Assembly: GCF_001598795.1 (NCBI RefSeq)
Contig: NZ_BCZP01000001.1
Span: forward strand, 150,001 to 182,000
Origin: Delftia acidovorans NBRC 14950
Lineage (GTDB): Bacteria > Pseudomonadota > Gammaproteobacteria > Burkholderiales > Burkholderiaceae_C
Direction of reading: 5' to 3'
Length of the DNA: 32,000 bases
The notes under the pieces were generated by a model. The model was not told the DNA's origin. It did no database searches and saw only the letters and a program-made list of their open reading frames with translations. The position numbers and the translations under genes are program-made. This document shows, in pieces, positions 7,990 to 16,278 of this stretch (position 1 is the stretch's first letter; every line of letters starts with the position of its first letter).

Positions 7990-10845
7990 TTACGCCTTGT
8001 GGCGCTCTTCGCCAGCGCCGTGCAGGTTGCTGTCGCAACGGCCGCACAGGCTGGGGTGCTCGGGGTTGATGCCCACGTCGGCACGGTAGTGCCAGCAGCG
8101 GTCGCACTTGGCATGGCTGCTGGGTGTGACGGCGGCCTGCAGGGCCTCGCCTGCCAGGGCCTCGGCCGCCGAGGTGATGAAGACGAACTTCAGGTCGTCG
8201 CCCAGGCTTTGCAGCAGGGCCAGGTCTTCGGGCTGGGCCGAGACAGTGACTTCGGCCTGCAGCGAGGAGCCGACCCGGCCTTCGGTGCGCACGGCCTCGA
8301 TGTCCTTGTTCACCACGTCGCGGATCTCGCGCAGGCGCGCCCACTTGGCCAGCAGGGCCTCGTCACCGGCCGGCAGGTCGGTGTAGGTCTCCAGGAAGAT
8401 GGACTCGCTGTCGCCGAAGACCTTCCAGGCCTCCTCGGCCGTGAAGGACAGGAAGGGCGCCATCCAGCGCAGCATGGCATGCGTGATCTGGTGCAGGGCG
8501 GTCTGGGCGCTGCGGCGGGCCAGACTCTTGGGCGCGCTGGTGTACAGGCGGTCCTTGAGCACGTCCAGGTAGAAGCCGCCCAGGTCTTCCGAGCAGAACA
8601 GCTGCAGCTTGGCCACCACGGGGTGGAATTCATAGACCTTGTAGTGGGCCAGCAGCTCGGCCTGGAACTGGGCGGCGCGCGCCAGGGCCCAGCGGTCGAT
8701 CTCCAGCAGCTCTTCGGTGGGAACCGAGTCCTGCGCAGCATCGAAGTCGCTGACGTTGGCCAGCAGGAAGCGCAGCGTGTTGCGGATGCGGCGGTAGGCA
8801 TCCACCACGCGGGCCAGGATCTTGTCGTCGATGCCCAGGTCGCCCGAGTAGTCGGTCGAGGCCACCCACAGGCGGATGATCTCGGCGCCCATCTTGTTGC
8901 TCACGTCCTGCGGGGCGACGGTGTTGCCCAGCGACTTGGACATCTTCTTGCCCTGGCCGTCCACGGTGAATCCGTGCGTCAGCAGGCCGCGGTAGGGCGC
9001 GCGACCGAAGATGGCCGAGGCCAGCAGCAGCGACGAATGGAACCAGCCGCGGTGCTGGTCATGGCCCTCCAGGTAGAGGTCGGCCTCGGGGCCCTGGTCG
9101 TGGTGCATGTCGGCGTGCGTGCCGCGCATCACGTGCCAGAAGGTGGAGCCGGAGTCGAACCAGACTTCGAGGATGTCGGTGCTCTTGGTGTAGTGCACGG
9201 CCTCCTCTGCGCCCAGGATGTCCTCGGCCGTCACGCGGCTCCAGGCCTCGATGCCGCCCTGCTCGACCATGGTGGCCGCCTGGTCGATGATCTCCATGGT
9301 GCGCGGGTGCAGCTCGCCACTGTCCTTGTGCAGGAAGAAGGGCAGGGGCACGCCCCAGCTGCGCTGGCGCGAGATGCACCAGTCGGGGCGGCCGGCGATC
9401 ATGTCGCGCAGGCGGGTCTTGCCGTTCTCCGGGTAGAACTGGGTGTGCTCGATGGCTTCCAGTGCGATCTGGCGCAGCGTCTGCGCGGGCTTGTCGCCGG
9501 GCTTGGTGAACACGCCCTCGCCCTCGTCCATGCGGATGAACCACTGGGCTGCGGCGCGGTAGATCACGGGCGTCTTGTGGCGCCAGCAGTGCGGGTAGCT
9601 GTGGGTGATGGTCTTGGTGTCCATCAGGCGGCCGGCCAGCTTGAGCGCGTCGATGATGACGGGCGTGGCCTTCCAGATGTGCTGGCCACCGAACAGCGGC
9701 AGCTCGGGTGCGTAGACGCCGTTGCCCTGTACGGGGCTCAGGATGTCTTCGCGCGTCATGCCGTTGTTCATGCAGCTGTTGAAGTCGTCCACGCCATAGG
9801 CGGGGGCCGAGTGCACGATGCCGGTGCCGTCATCGGCCGTGGCGTAGTCGGCCAGGAACACGGGCGAGACGCGGTCGAAGCCCTTGTCCATATCGGCCAG
9901 CGGGTGCTTGAACTGCAGGTGGTCCAGCTTGCTGCCCACGGCGGTGGCGACGACCTGGCCTTCGAGCTTCCAGCGTGCCAGACACTTCTCGACCAGGGCC
10001 GAGGCCACGATCAGCAGGCCGCGCTCGGTGTCCACCAGGCTGTATTCCAGCTCGGGGTTGACGTTGAGCGCCTGGTTGGCGGGGATGGTCCAGGCCGTCG
10101 TCGTCCAGATGACGATGAAGGCTTGCTTGGCCAGCGAGGGCAGGCCGAAGGCGCAAGCCAGCTTCTCAGGCTCGGCCGTGGGGAACATCACGTCCAGCGT
10201 CTGGCTTTGCTTGTCGGCGTATTCGATCTCGAACTCGGCCAGCGAGGAGCCGCAGTCAAAGCACCAGTACACGGGCTTGAGGCCGCGGTAGACGAAGCCG
10301 CGCTCCATGACGCGCTTCAGGGCGCGCAGCTCGGCGGCCTCGTTGGCGTAGTTCATGGTCTTGTAGGGATGGTCCCAGTCGCCCAGCACGCCCAGGCGCT
10401 TGAAGTCCACCATCTGCTGGGCGATCTGCTCGGTGGCGAAGGCGCGGCTCTTGGCCTGCATCTCGTCGCGCGGCAGGTTGCGGCCATGCAGCTTTTCGAT
10501 GGCGTTCTCGATGGGCAGGCCGTGGCAGTCCCAGCCCGGCACGTACAGCGCGTCGAAGCCTTCGAGCTGGCGGCTCTTGACGATCATGTCCTTGAGCGCC
10601 TTGTTCACCGCGTGGCCGATGTGGATCTTGCCGTTGGCGTAGGGCGGGCCGTCATGCAGGATGAACTTGGGCGCACCGTGGCGCGCGTCGCGCAGCTTCT
10701 TGTAGAGCCCCTTGTCCTCCCATTCCTGGACCCAGCCCGGCTCGCGCTTGGGCAGGTCGCCGCGCATGGGGAAGGGCGTGTCGGGCATGTTCAGCGTGGC
10801 GCGATAGCCCGCATTGGCGTTGGGAGAGACTTTCGAATCAGACAT
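7990..10845 (-). CDS. ileS: Isoleucine--tRNA ligase
   Basis: Class I aaRS HIGH motif ([11 protein letters not shown]) and KMSKS motif (KKMSKSLGN). The C-terminal zinc-finger cysteines are present (CDRCWHY...CGRC). Length and N-terminus ([31 protein letters not shown]) are typical of IleS. Start set at ATG 10845. Confidence 0.97.
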   Translation of the reverse strand: MSDSKVSPNANAGYRATLNMPDTPFPMRGDLPKREPGWVQEWEDKGLYKKLRDARHGAPKFILHDGPPYANGKIHIGHAVNKALKDMIVKSRQLEGFDALYVPGWDCHGLPIENAIEKLHGRNLPRDEMQAKSRAFATEQIAQQMVDFKRLGVLGDWDHPYKTMNYANEAAELRALKRVMERGFVYRGLKPVYWCFDCGSSLAEFEIEYADKQSQTLDVMFPTAEPEKLACAFGLPSLAKQAFIVIWTTTAWTIPANQALNVNPELEYSLVDTERGLLIVASALVEKCLARWKLEGQVVATAVGSKLDHLQFKHPLADMDKGFDRVSPVFLADYATADDGTGIVHSAPAYGVDDFNSCMNNGMTREDILSPVQGNGVYAPELPLFGGQHIWKATPVIIDALKLAGRLMDTKTITHSYPHCWRHKTPVIYRAAAQWFIRMDEGEGVFTKPGDKPAQTLRQIALEAIEHTQFYPENGKTRLRDMIAGRPDWCISRQRSWGVPLPFFLHKDSGELHPRTMEIIDQAATMVEQGGIEAWSRVTAEDILGAEEAVHYTKSTDILEVWFDSGSTFWHVMRGTHADMHHDQGPEADLYLEGHDQHRGWFHSSLLLASAIFGRAPYRGLLTHGFTVDGQGKKMSKSLGNTVAPQDVSNKMGAEIIRLWVASTDYSGDLGIDDKILARVVDAYRRIRNTLRFLLANVSDFDAAQDSVPTEELLEIDRWALARAAQFQAELLAHYKVYEFHPVVAKLQLFCSEDLGGFYLDVLKDRLYTSAPKSLARRSAQTALHQITHAMLRWMAPFLSFTAEEAWKVFGDSESIFLETYTDLPAGDEALLAKWARLREIRDVVNKDIEAVRTEGRVGSSLQAEVTVSAQPEDLALLQSLGDDLKFVFITSAAEALAGEALQAAVTPSSHAKCDRCWHYRADVGINPEHPSLCGRCDSNLHGAGEERHKA

Positions 10846-10950
10846 GGAGAACCTTGAAAGCAGGCCAGAGCCCGGACCGTCTGGTCCAGGCACGGAAAAA
10901 GGGGAGGAAAGCCTGGTGCGCACCCGCGCCCGGGCAGGTGACGGAGAGCG

Positions 10951-12000
10951 TCAAATTCGGTCGCGCGTGGTCTGGCGACGGGTCTCGGTGTAGATGGGCG
11001 TGTGGATGGTGGCGAAGAACGCGCGCGCGTCATCGCAGTCCTTGGCGATGCCGGCGGTGAGGGCGTCGAGACTGTCGTACTTCAGCTCGTCGTGCAGTTT
11101 GTGCAGAAGTTCCACGCGGATGATTTTACCGTAGGCCTCTTCGCCTCCCGGCGCGCCGGGCCAATCGAGGCAATGCGTCTCCAGCAGGACGCGCCCGCCG
11201 TTGACATCCGTCGGGTCCAGGGAAGGGCGCACGCCGAGGTTGGCCACGCCGCGCAGCGGTCGTTCATTCAGGCCATGGACCAGCACGGCGAAGATGCCGC
11301 TGGCCGCAGGCTTCCAATGGTTGAAGCGCAGGTTCAGCGTGCGAAAGCCGTCGCCCGCGCCTTGGCGGCTCTCGGCCAGGCTGCGGCCCAGCTTGCGGCC
11401 GTGCACCACATGGCCGGAGATGGTGTAGGGATGGCCCAGCAGCCGCGCGGCGTCCTGCATGCGCCCCTCGGCCAGGGCTGCGCGCACATGGGTGCTGGAC
11501 ACGCGCAGGCCGTGCACCTCGTAGCTGTTCATGCGGGCCACGTCAAAGCCCTGGCGCTGGCCCGCCGCATCCAGCATGGCGTAGTCGCCCGCACGCTGGG
11601 CGCCGAAGCGGAAGTCGTCGCCAACCAGCACGTATTTCGCGCCTAGGCCCGCCACCAGCACTTCGTCGATGAAGGCCTGCGGCGACTGGCTGGCCAGCGT
11701 CTGGTTGAAGGGCAGCACCACGGTCTGGTCCACGCCGCAGCGCTCGAGCTCCGACAGCTTGTCGCGCAGCGTGCCTATGCGCGCCGGCGCGATTTCAGGC
11801 CGTCCCAGGGTCTGGGCGAAATAGTCGCGCGGATGGGGCTCGAAGGTCAGCACGCAGGTGGGCACGCCGCGCTGTGCAGCTTCGGCCGACAGCAGGGCCA
11901 GCATGGCCTGGTGGCCGCGATGGACACCATCGAAATTGCCGATGGTGACGGCACAGGCCGATTCCCGCCCTGGATGGTTGAAGCCTCGAAAAATCTTCAT
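10951..12000 (-). CDS. ribF: Bifunctional riboflavin kinase / FMN adenylyltransferase
   Basis: N-terminal FAD-synthetase motif (AVTIGNFDGVHRGHQ) and C-terminal riboflavin-kinase motifs (GRKLGRS..., NLGVRPS, LETHCLDW...YGK). The track start at 12018 is TTG; ATG 12000 (MKIFRGF) is preferred. Gene order ribF-ileS-lspA is conserved. Confidence 0.93.
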   Translation of the reverse strand: MKIFRGFNHPGRESACAVTIGNFDGVHRGHQAMLALLSAEAAQRGVPTCVLTFEPHPRDYFAQTLGRPEIAPARIGTLRDKLSELERCGVDQTVVLPFNQTLASQSPQAFIDEVLVAGLGAKYVLVGDDFRFGAQRAGDYAMLDAAGQRQGFDVARMNSYEVHGLRVSSTHVRAALAEGRMQDAARLLGHPYTISGHVVHGRKLGRSLAESRQGAGDGFRTLNLRFNHWKPAASGIFAVLVHGLNERPLRGVANLGVRPSLDPTDVNGGRVLLETHCLDWPGAPGGEEAYGKIIRVELLHKLHDELKYDSLDALTAGIAKDCDDARAFFATIHTPIYTETRRQTTRDRI

Positions 12001-12157
12001 GGGACGCTTTGTTTTCAATAGCGGCTGGCACGCGCGCAGCCAGCTCAGGCTGTCAATCCGACATGGAAACAGAGTATATTGCCTCGATAAGGCCTGCCTT
12101 GCAGGCCCTGTGCACTGGCTGCATTCCCGTTCACTTTGGTGTCAGAGGAGGCGTGTC

Positions 12158-12766
12158 GTGAAGGTCTTGAAGCTGTCGGCCCAAGGGCTGCCCCAATCCT
12201 GGATCACGCTGGAGCAGGCGGCGCTGCATTACGCGGCGGACGATGTGCGCTGGGAGTCCGGCGGAGAGGTCGCCTGTTTCCGCGGTGGTCACAATGCCGT
12301 CACGGGCTGCCAGTCGGTCATCCACATTAACAGCATCATCGGCACGCGCGGGGCACCTGCCATCAATCCGCACAGCCTGCAGCCCGGCCTGACCAACGGG
12401 AAGCTGTTCGCACGCGACCGCTGCATCTGCGCCTATTGCGGCCGGGTCTTTCATGAAAACGACCTCACGCGCGAGCACATCGTGCCCATCTCCGCAGGGG
12501 GAGGCCACCAGTGGATGAACCTGGTGACGGCCTGCCGCTCCTGCAATCACCGCAAGGGTGCCCGCACGCCAGAGCAGGCGCGCATGCCGCTGCTCTATAC
12601 GCCCTATGTACCCAGCCTCTGGGAAGACTTCATCCTGCGCAACCGGCGGATCCTGGCCGATCAGATGGAGTTTCTGCTGCTGCACGTGCCCCGGAGTTCG
12701 CGCTGGGCACGGGACGGCTTCGTCGAGGGCGGTGGCGCGCCCACGCACGAGGTGGCGTGGGCTTGA
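12158..12766 (+). CDS. HNH endonuclease family protein
   Basis: HNH/zinc-ribbon core CAYCG-x10-TREHIVPISAGG-x4-MNLVTACRSCNHRKG. GTG 12158 is preceded by GAGGAG with 7-nt spacing. The upstream 100 codons of the track ORF overlap ribF antisense and are rejected. Confidence 0.75.
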   Translation: MKVLKLSAQGLPQSWITLEQAALHYAADDVRWESGGEVACFRGGHNAVTGCQSVIHINSIIGTRGAPAINPHSLQPGLTNGKLFARDRCICAYCGRVFHENDLTREHIVPISAGGGHQWMNLVTACRSCNHRKGARTPEQARMPLLYTPYVPSLWEDFILRNRRILADQMEFLLLHVPRSSRWARDGFVEGGGAPTHEVAWA

Positions 12767-12776
12767 TGAAGGCCCG

Positions 12777-14093
12777 TCAGGCAGCGGTCTTGGTTGCCGT
12801 CACGACAAAGCCCTGAACCGGCTCGCCACCTTCCTGGCGCAGCACCAGTTCTTCCGTCGCCACACTGAAACCGGCTTGCTTGCACAGTGCCTCGATATGG
12901 CTGCGCTTGTGGGCATAGCGCTGGCTGGATTGGAGGACCAGGTCGGGGCCGTCTTCCGAGGCGGTTTCGCAGGAGAAGATAAGTTCGCCACCCGTCTTTA
13001 GAATGCGTGCGGCATTGGGGATGACCAATTGGGGGTCGCCAATGTAGATCAGCACATCGAGCAGGGTCAGTACATCGTATTCATTGGCCGGCGTGTTCTG
13101 AAGCGCACCCAACAGGTCCACATTGTGGAAACGGTCATAGACGCCGTGTTTGGCGGCTTCCTCAATCATCTTGAGCGAGCTGTCCACACCGATCAGATAG
13201 CCTTGCATCGGACCCAGGAACAGCCCCAGCAGGCCGGTACCGCAGCCCAGATCCAGCAGGTTGAAGTCCTTCTCCGGGTGGCGAGCAATCAATTGCCCTG
13301 CAACGATTTTCGGCAGTTGGTAGTTCAGGCCGAGAACCAGATGCCTGTCAAAGCGCTCGGCCATCTCGTCGAACATGGCTTGGTGCATTCCCACCGGAAT
13401 ATGTTGGGGAGTCTCGGCCCGTGCCAGTGCCGCGTAGTAAGCCAGTGTGGCGTCCTGTGGGAATTTTTCCTCAAGGGTACGGATATCGTCCAGGGCCGCT
13501 GCGGGTTCGCCGCGTGCGATTTGAACCTTGATGCGCCCCATTTTGTAGACAGGCTGTTCCGGGAATTCATCCACCAGGGCGTTCCAAATCTGAAGTGCCT
13601 CGGTGTGTTCTCCCAATTCGCCCAGGTCAGCGGCCAGATGCTGCCGCAGCATGGCATCGTTTGGAAAAAGCTCCAGTCCCCGGCGCAGGTGCAGGACAGC
13701 CATTTCATGATTTCCGGCACGGTGCGCGATGTCCACGACGCCCGCAAGCACCTGCGGATTGCGGGGCTCGATGCGCGCCACCTTTTCCGCCATTTCAATG
13801 GCGAGATCGAACTGATCGCGACGTGCGCGATAAAGGGCCGTTTCCAGGAGGCCCGGGCCCCACATCGGGGCGAGTTCAACGCAGCGATCGAAAGCCTCTT
13901 CGGCTTTGGCCGGGTTGCCGGCCTTTTCTGCCATCAGCCCGGCCAGCATGAAGACACGGGCATCGCCTGGCATCTTGCGATGGGCCTTGTTCAGAGTCAG
14001 TGCGGCCTTCTGTAGATCGCCGTTGGAGATCTGCTGGCGAGCCATTTCCAGGTGCTTGCGGTTGATGTCGGCGGGGATGGAAGTAGCGCTCAT
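12777..14093 (-). CDS. TPR-repeat protein fused to a class I SAM-dependent methyltransferase (COG4976-like architecture)
   Basis: The N-terminal ~230 aa are TPR-like helical repeats (GDLQKAALTLNKAHRKMPGDARVFMLAGLMAEKAGNPAKAEEAFDRCVELAP...). The C-terminal part is a Rossmann methyltransferase with SAM motif I LLDLGCGTGLLG and post-I/II motifs (GVDSS, YDVLTLLDVLIYIG, LKTGGELIF). No DPPY/NPPY or PC DNA-methyltransferase motif was seen. The start is uncertain: ATG 14093 (MSATS) or TTG 14117, and neither has a clear SD. Confidence 0.8.
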   Translation of the reverse strand: MSATSIPADINRKHLEMARQQISNGDLQKAALTLNKAHRKMPGDARVFMLAGLMAEKAGNPAKAEEAFDRCVELAPMWGPGLLETALYRARRDQFDLAIEMAEKVARIEPRNPQVLAGVVDIAHRAGNHEMAVLHLRRGLELFPNDAMLRQHLAADLGELGEHTEALQIWNALVDEFPEQPVYKMGRIKVQIARGEPAAALDDIRTLEEKFPQDATLAYYAALARAETPQHIPVGMHQAMFDEMAERFDRHLVLGLNYQLPKIVAGQLIARHPEKDFNLLDLGCGTGLLGLFLGPMQGYLIGVDSSLKMIEEAAKHGVYDRFHNVDLLGALQNTPANEYDVLTLLDVLIYIGDPQLVIPNAARILKTGGELIFSCETASEDGPDLVLQSSQRYAHKRSHIEALCKQAGFSVATEELVLRQEGGEPVQGFVVTATKTAA

Positions 14094-14206
14094 GGACAGG
14101 TGTGTGTTTATGGCCAAGGAGAGGCGGGCGTTGATTGCGGCATGTGCCGGCAGGCCACGCCAGTGGCGAACTTTTCATTATCGTGGATTCTTCGCCCGGC
14201 CATGTT

Positions 14207-16276
14207 TCAAGCTGATGCCTGCAAGGTCTTGGCCTGCGGTGCGGGCAAGGGGCGCGGTGGCAGCGTGAGCGTGAAGCTGGTGCCGCCCTGGGCTGATGGC
14301 GCTGCCTGTATGTCGCCGCCATGCAGGCGCGCAATGCGCCGTGCGACCCACAGGCCCAGGCCGAAGCCGCGGGCCTGGTCCGCGCGGTGGCCGCGCTCGA
14401 AGCGCTCGAAGATGCGTTGCGCCAGCTCGGGTGCAAGACCCGGGCCCTGGTCGCTGACAGTGAGTTCCAGCTGGCCGTGTTCGTCGGTGCGCGCGCGCAC
14501 GGCGATTTCTCCGGCCTTGGCGTATTTCACCGCGTTGTCCACGAGGTTGGACAGGGCGATGCGGGTGAGCGTGGAGTCGCACTCCCATGTGGCGGGCGCA
14601 CTGGCGCTGTCCAGGTTCAGGTGGTGGCGGCGTGACCAGTGCACAAGCTGCGCGGCATCATCGACCAGCTCCATGACGGGAGCGCGGTGCAATTGCAGCC
14701 GGAAGGCGGGAGCATCCAGGCGGTCGCTGATCAGGCAGTTGTCCACCAGGGCCGTCAGGCGCCTGCAGGCGCGGCGGATCTGTGCGGCGCGCTCCAGCTG
14801 GGAGTCGATGTCGGGCGAGGGAAAGGACAGCTGCTCGGTGGCCGCGCTGTCCACCACGGCCAGCGGCGTGCGGAATTCATGGTTGACCATGTTGAAGAAC
14901 TGGCGCTGCTCCAGCCGCAGCGTGCGTTCGCTGTGCAGTGCCGCTTGCAGTGCGTTCTGGGCGCGCAGCAGCTCGGCCGTGCGCAGGCGTACACGCTCTT
15001 CCAGCGCATGCTCGGACTTGGCAAGGGATTCGAGCAGCTGTGCCTGGCGTGCCATGGATTCCCGGAATTTCTGGATCAGGCCGGCGCCCACGGCCACGGT
15101 GATCACGATGTTGACCAGCAAGGTGTTGAGCTGCCAGAACACGCTGGTTTCTATGGTCGGCAGGCTGGTCAGGCCGACATAGGCCGCTGTCACATACAGG
15201 CCCATCAGCCCATACATGGTGCTGGGAACCACCATCAACACATGGACCAGATTGGCACGCTCGCGCAGCAGATTGCTCCATGCCACCACGGCGAACAGTG
15301 CGCTGATGGCCCAGGGCGCGCCAACCCCTATCCAGGCCCAGTCCTGGTAGCGGCCCAGCGGTATGCTGGGCAGGCACAGCAGCGGGATGATTCCCAGGGC
15401 GAGCAAGGCCCGATCCATGCGCCGCCAGCGTGTGTCGCGTGTCAGCAGCTCGCGCATCTGCCAGGCCAGGGCGGCGGGCAGCATCAAGGTGCCCAGGCTG
15501 ACGCAAAGATGGCCCCAGTGCGCGAGATGGTCGGGCAGCCAGATCTGCAGGTACCCCCGGTCGCTGGCGCCGTGGATCAGCACGGCCATGGCGGCCACGG
15601 CCATGGCGGCCAGATTGCGCAGGCGCAGGGCCAGGGCAGCGCCGATGATCAGCAGGGCCAGCATGAGGTTGATGCCCTGATGGATGCCAGAGGCCCATTC
15701 CACGGCCGAGAACTGTGTCATCAGGCCGCTGCTGCGCCAGAGCGTGGCGTCCAGCTGCATGGGGCTTGAGGTCTGCACGCGCAGGATGAAGGGCTGGCCC
15801 GAGTACAGCGGAAACACCAGCTGCCGAACATGCACGCGCGGTTCGTCGGTGGCCGTATCACCGCTGCTGCGCATGCGCCATGCGCCGTCCACGTGCTGGT
15901 AGAGCGCAACGCGGTCCAGATAACTGGGCAGGATTTCCAGCCACAGCGGATCGTGCTCGGGGTCTGCCTTGCCGGCGGCGATGTGAGGCGCCTGCACCTT
16001 GAGCCAATACACATCGCGCGTATAGCCCTTGTTCAGCGGTGTATCGAGCAGGGTGAAATCCGTGTCCGGCAGGGTGGCCACCTGGTCGATGGTGAAGCTG
16101 CCCTGTGCATCGACGAGCGCCAGCATGGGCAGGTCCGTGCCCAGCTGCAGGCGCTTTGCCGGCAGGGACTGCCAGGCCGGGCTGAGAATGAAGCAGACCA
16201 CCAGCACCAGAGAAAACACCAGCCAGCCCGGCAGCGCCAGCCGGTTCAGGATACGCAGCAGGTTCAGGATACGCAT
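14207..16276 (-). CDS. 7TMR-DISM sensor histidine kinase, paralogue 1 (DISMED2 extracellular domain - 7TM - HisKA - HATPase)
   Basis: 689 aa from ATG 16276 (MRILNLLRILNRLALPGWLVF...). Domain order is: extracellular domain with the YTRDVYWLKV / HVRQLVFPL pattern, seven hydrophobic helices, a coiled coil, H-box NHEFRTPLAVV, N-box LSNLVDNAVKYA, G1 DQGPG and G2 GFGLGLW. There is no receiver domain, so it is not a hybrid kinase. The 127-codon 5' extension in the track ORF is the out-of-frame 3' end of the upstream paralogue. Confidence 0.9.
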   Translation of the reverse strand: MRILNLLRILNRLALPGWLVFSLVLVVCFILSPAWQSLPAKRLQLGTDLPMLALVDAQGSFTIDQVATLPDTDFTLLDTPLNKGYTRDVYWLKVQAPHIAAGKADPEHDPLWLEILPSYLDRVALYQHVDGAWRMRSSGDTATDEPRVHVRQLVFPLYSGQPFILRVQTSSPMQLDATLWRSSGLMTQFSAVEWASGIHQGINLMLALLIIGAALALRLRNLAAMAVAAMAVLIHGASDRGYLQIWLPDHLAHWGHLCVSLGTLMLPAALAWQMRELLTRDTRWRRMDRALLALGIIPLLCLPSIPLGRYQDWAWIGVGAPWAISALFAVVAWSNLLRERANLVHVLMVVPSTMYGLMGLYVTAAYVGLTSLPTIETSVFWQLNTLLVNIVITVAVGAGLIQKFRESMARQAQLLESLAKSEHALEERVRLRTAELLRAQNALQAALHSERTLRLEQRQFFNMVNHEFRTPLAVVDSAATEQLSFPSPDIDSQLERAAQIRRACRRLTALVDNCLISDRLDAPAFRLQLHRAPVMELVDDAAQLVHWSRRHHLNLDSASAPATWECDSTLTRIALSNLVDNAVKYAKAGEIAVRARTDEHGQLELTVSDQGPGLAPELAQRIFERFERGHRADQARGFGLGLWVARRIARLHGGDIQAAPSAQGGTSFTLTLPPRPLPAPQAKTLQASA
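14832..14931 (-). repeat. 100-bp tract identical to 16907-17006 (H-box / DHp helix 1 coding region), copy 1
   Basis: Checked base by base: tgctcggtggccgcgctgtccaccacggccagcggcgtgcggaattcatggttgaccatgttgaagaactggcgctgctccagccgcagcgtgcgttcgc is present at both positions. It encodes ERTLRLEQRQFFNMVNHEFRTPLAVVDSAATEQ. Confidence 0.95.
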
Positions 16277-16278
16277 GG
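16243..16278 (-). repeat. 18-bp in-frame tandem duplication at the kinase-2 stop / kinase-1 start junction
   Basis: The plus strand reads ggttcaggatacgcagca then ggttcaggatacgcatgg (15 of 18 identical). On the coding strand this is ATG CGT ATC CTG AAC CTG / CTG CGT ATC CTG AAC CGG, translating as M-RILNL-L-RILNR. Confidence 0.9.

Noticed and set aside
7999-10857. A 952-aa ORF on the plus strand spanning almost all of ileS.
   Set aside because: It is antisense to an unambiguous ileS (HIGH, KMSKS and zinc-finger motifs). The translation is low-complexity and rich in Ala, Gly, Val, Arg and Gln, with no recognisable motif. This is the classic stop-codon-poor antisense frame of a high-GC gene.
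13029-14015. A 328-aa antisense ORF inside the lower-GC TPR-methyltransferase gene. An open frame this long is less expected at about 53% GC.
   Set aside because: The minus-strand product has coherent TPR repeats and a complete SAM-binding motif set. The plus-strand translation has no recognisable motif and is rich in Gln, His and Val. An open antisense frame can arise from the sense-strand codon pattern. It might merit a ribosome-profiling check, but I do not call it a gene.
12158-14117. The HNH endonuclease plus adjacent methyltransferase read as a restriction-modification or other defence pair.
   Set aside because: The methyltransferase lacks DNA-methylase motifs (no D/NPPY/F, no PC motif plus target-recognition domain) and carries TPR repeats. 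The two genes are convergent and differ in GC content by about 10-15 points, which argues for independent origins.
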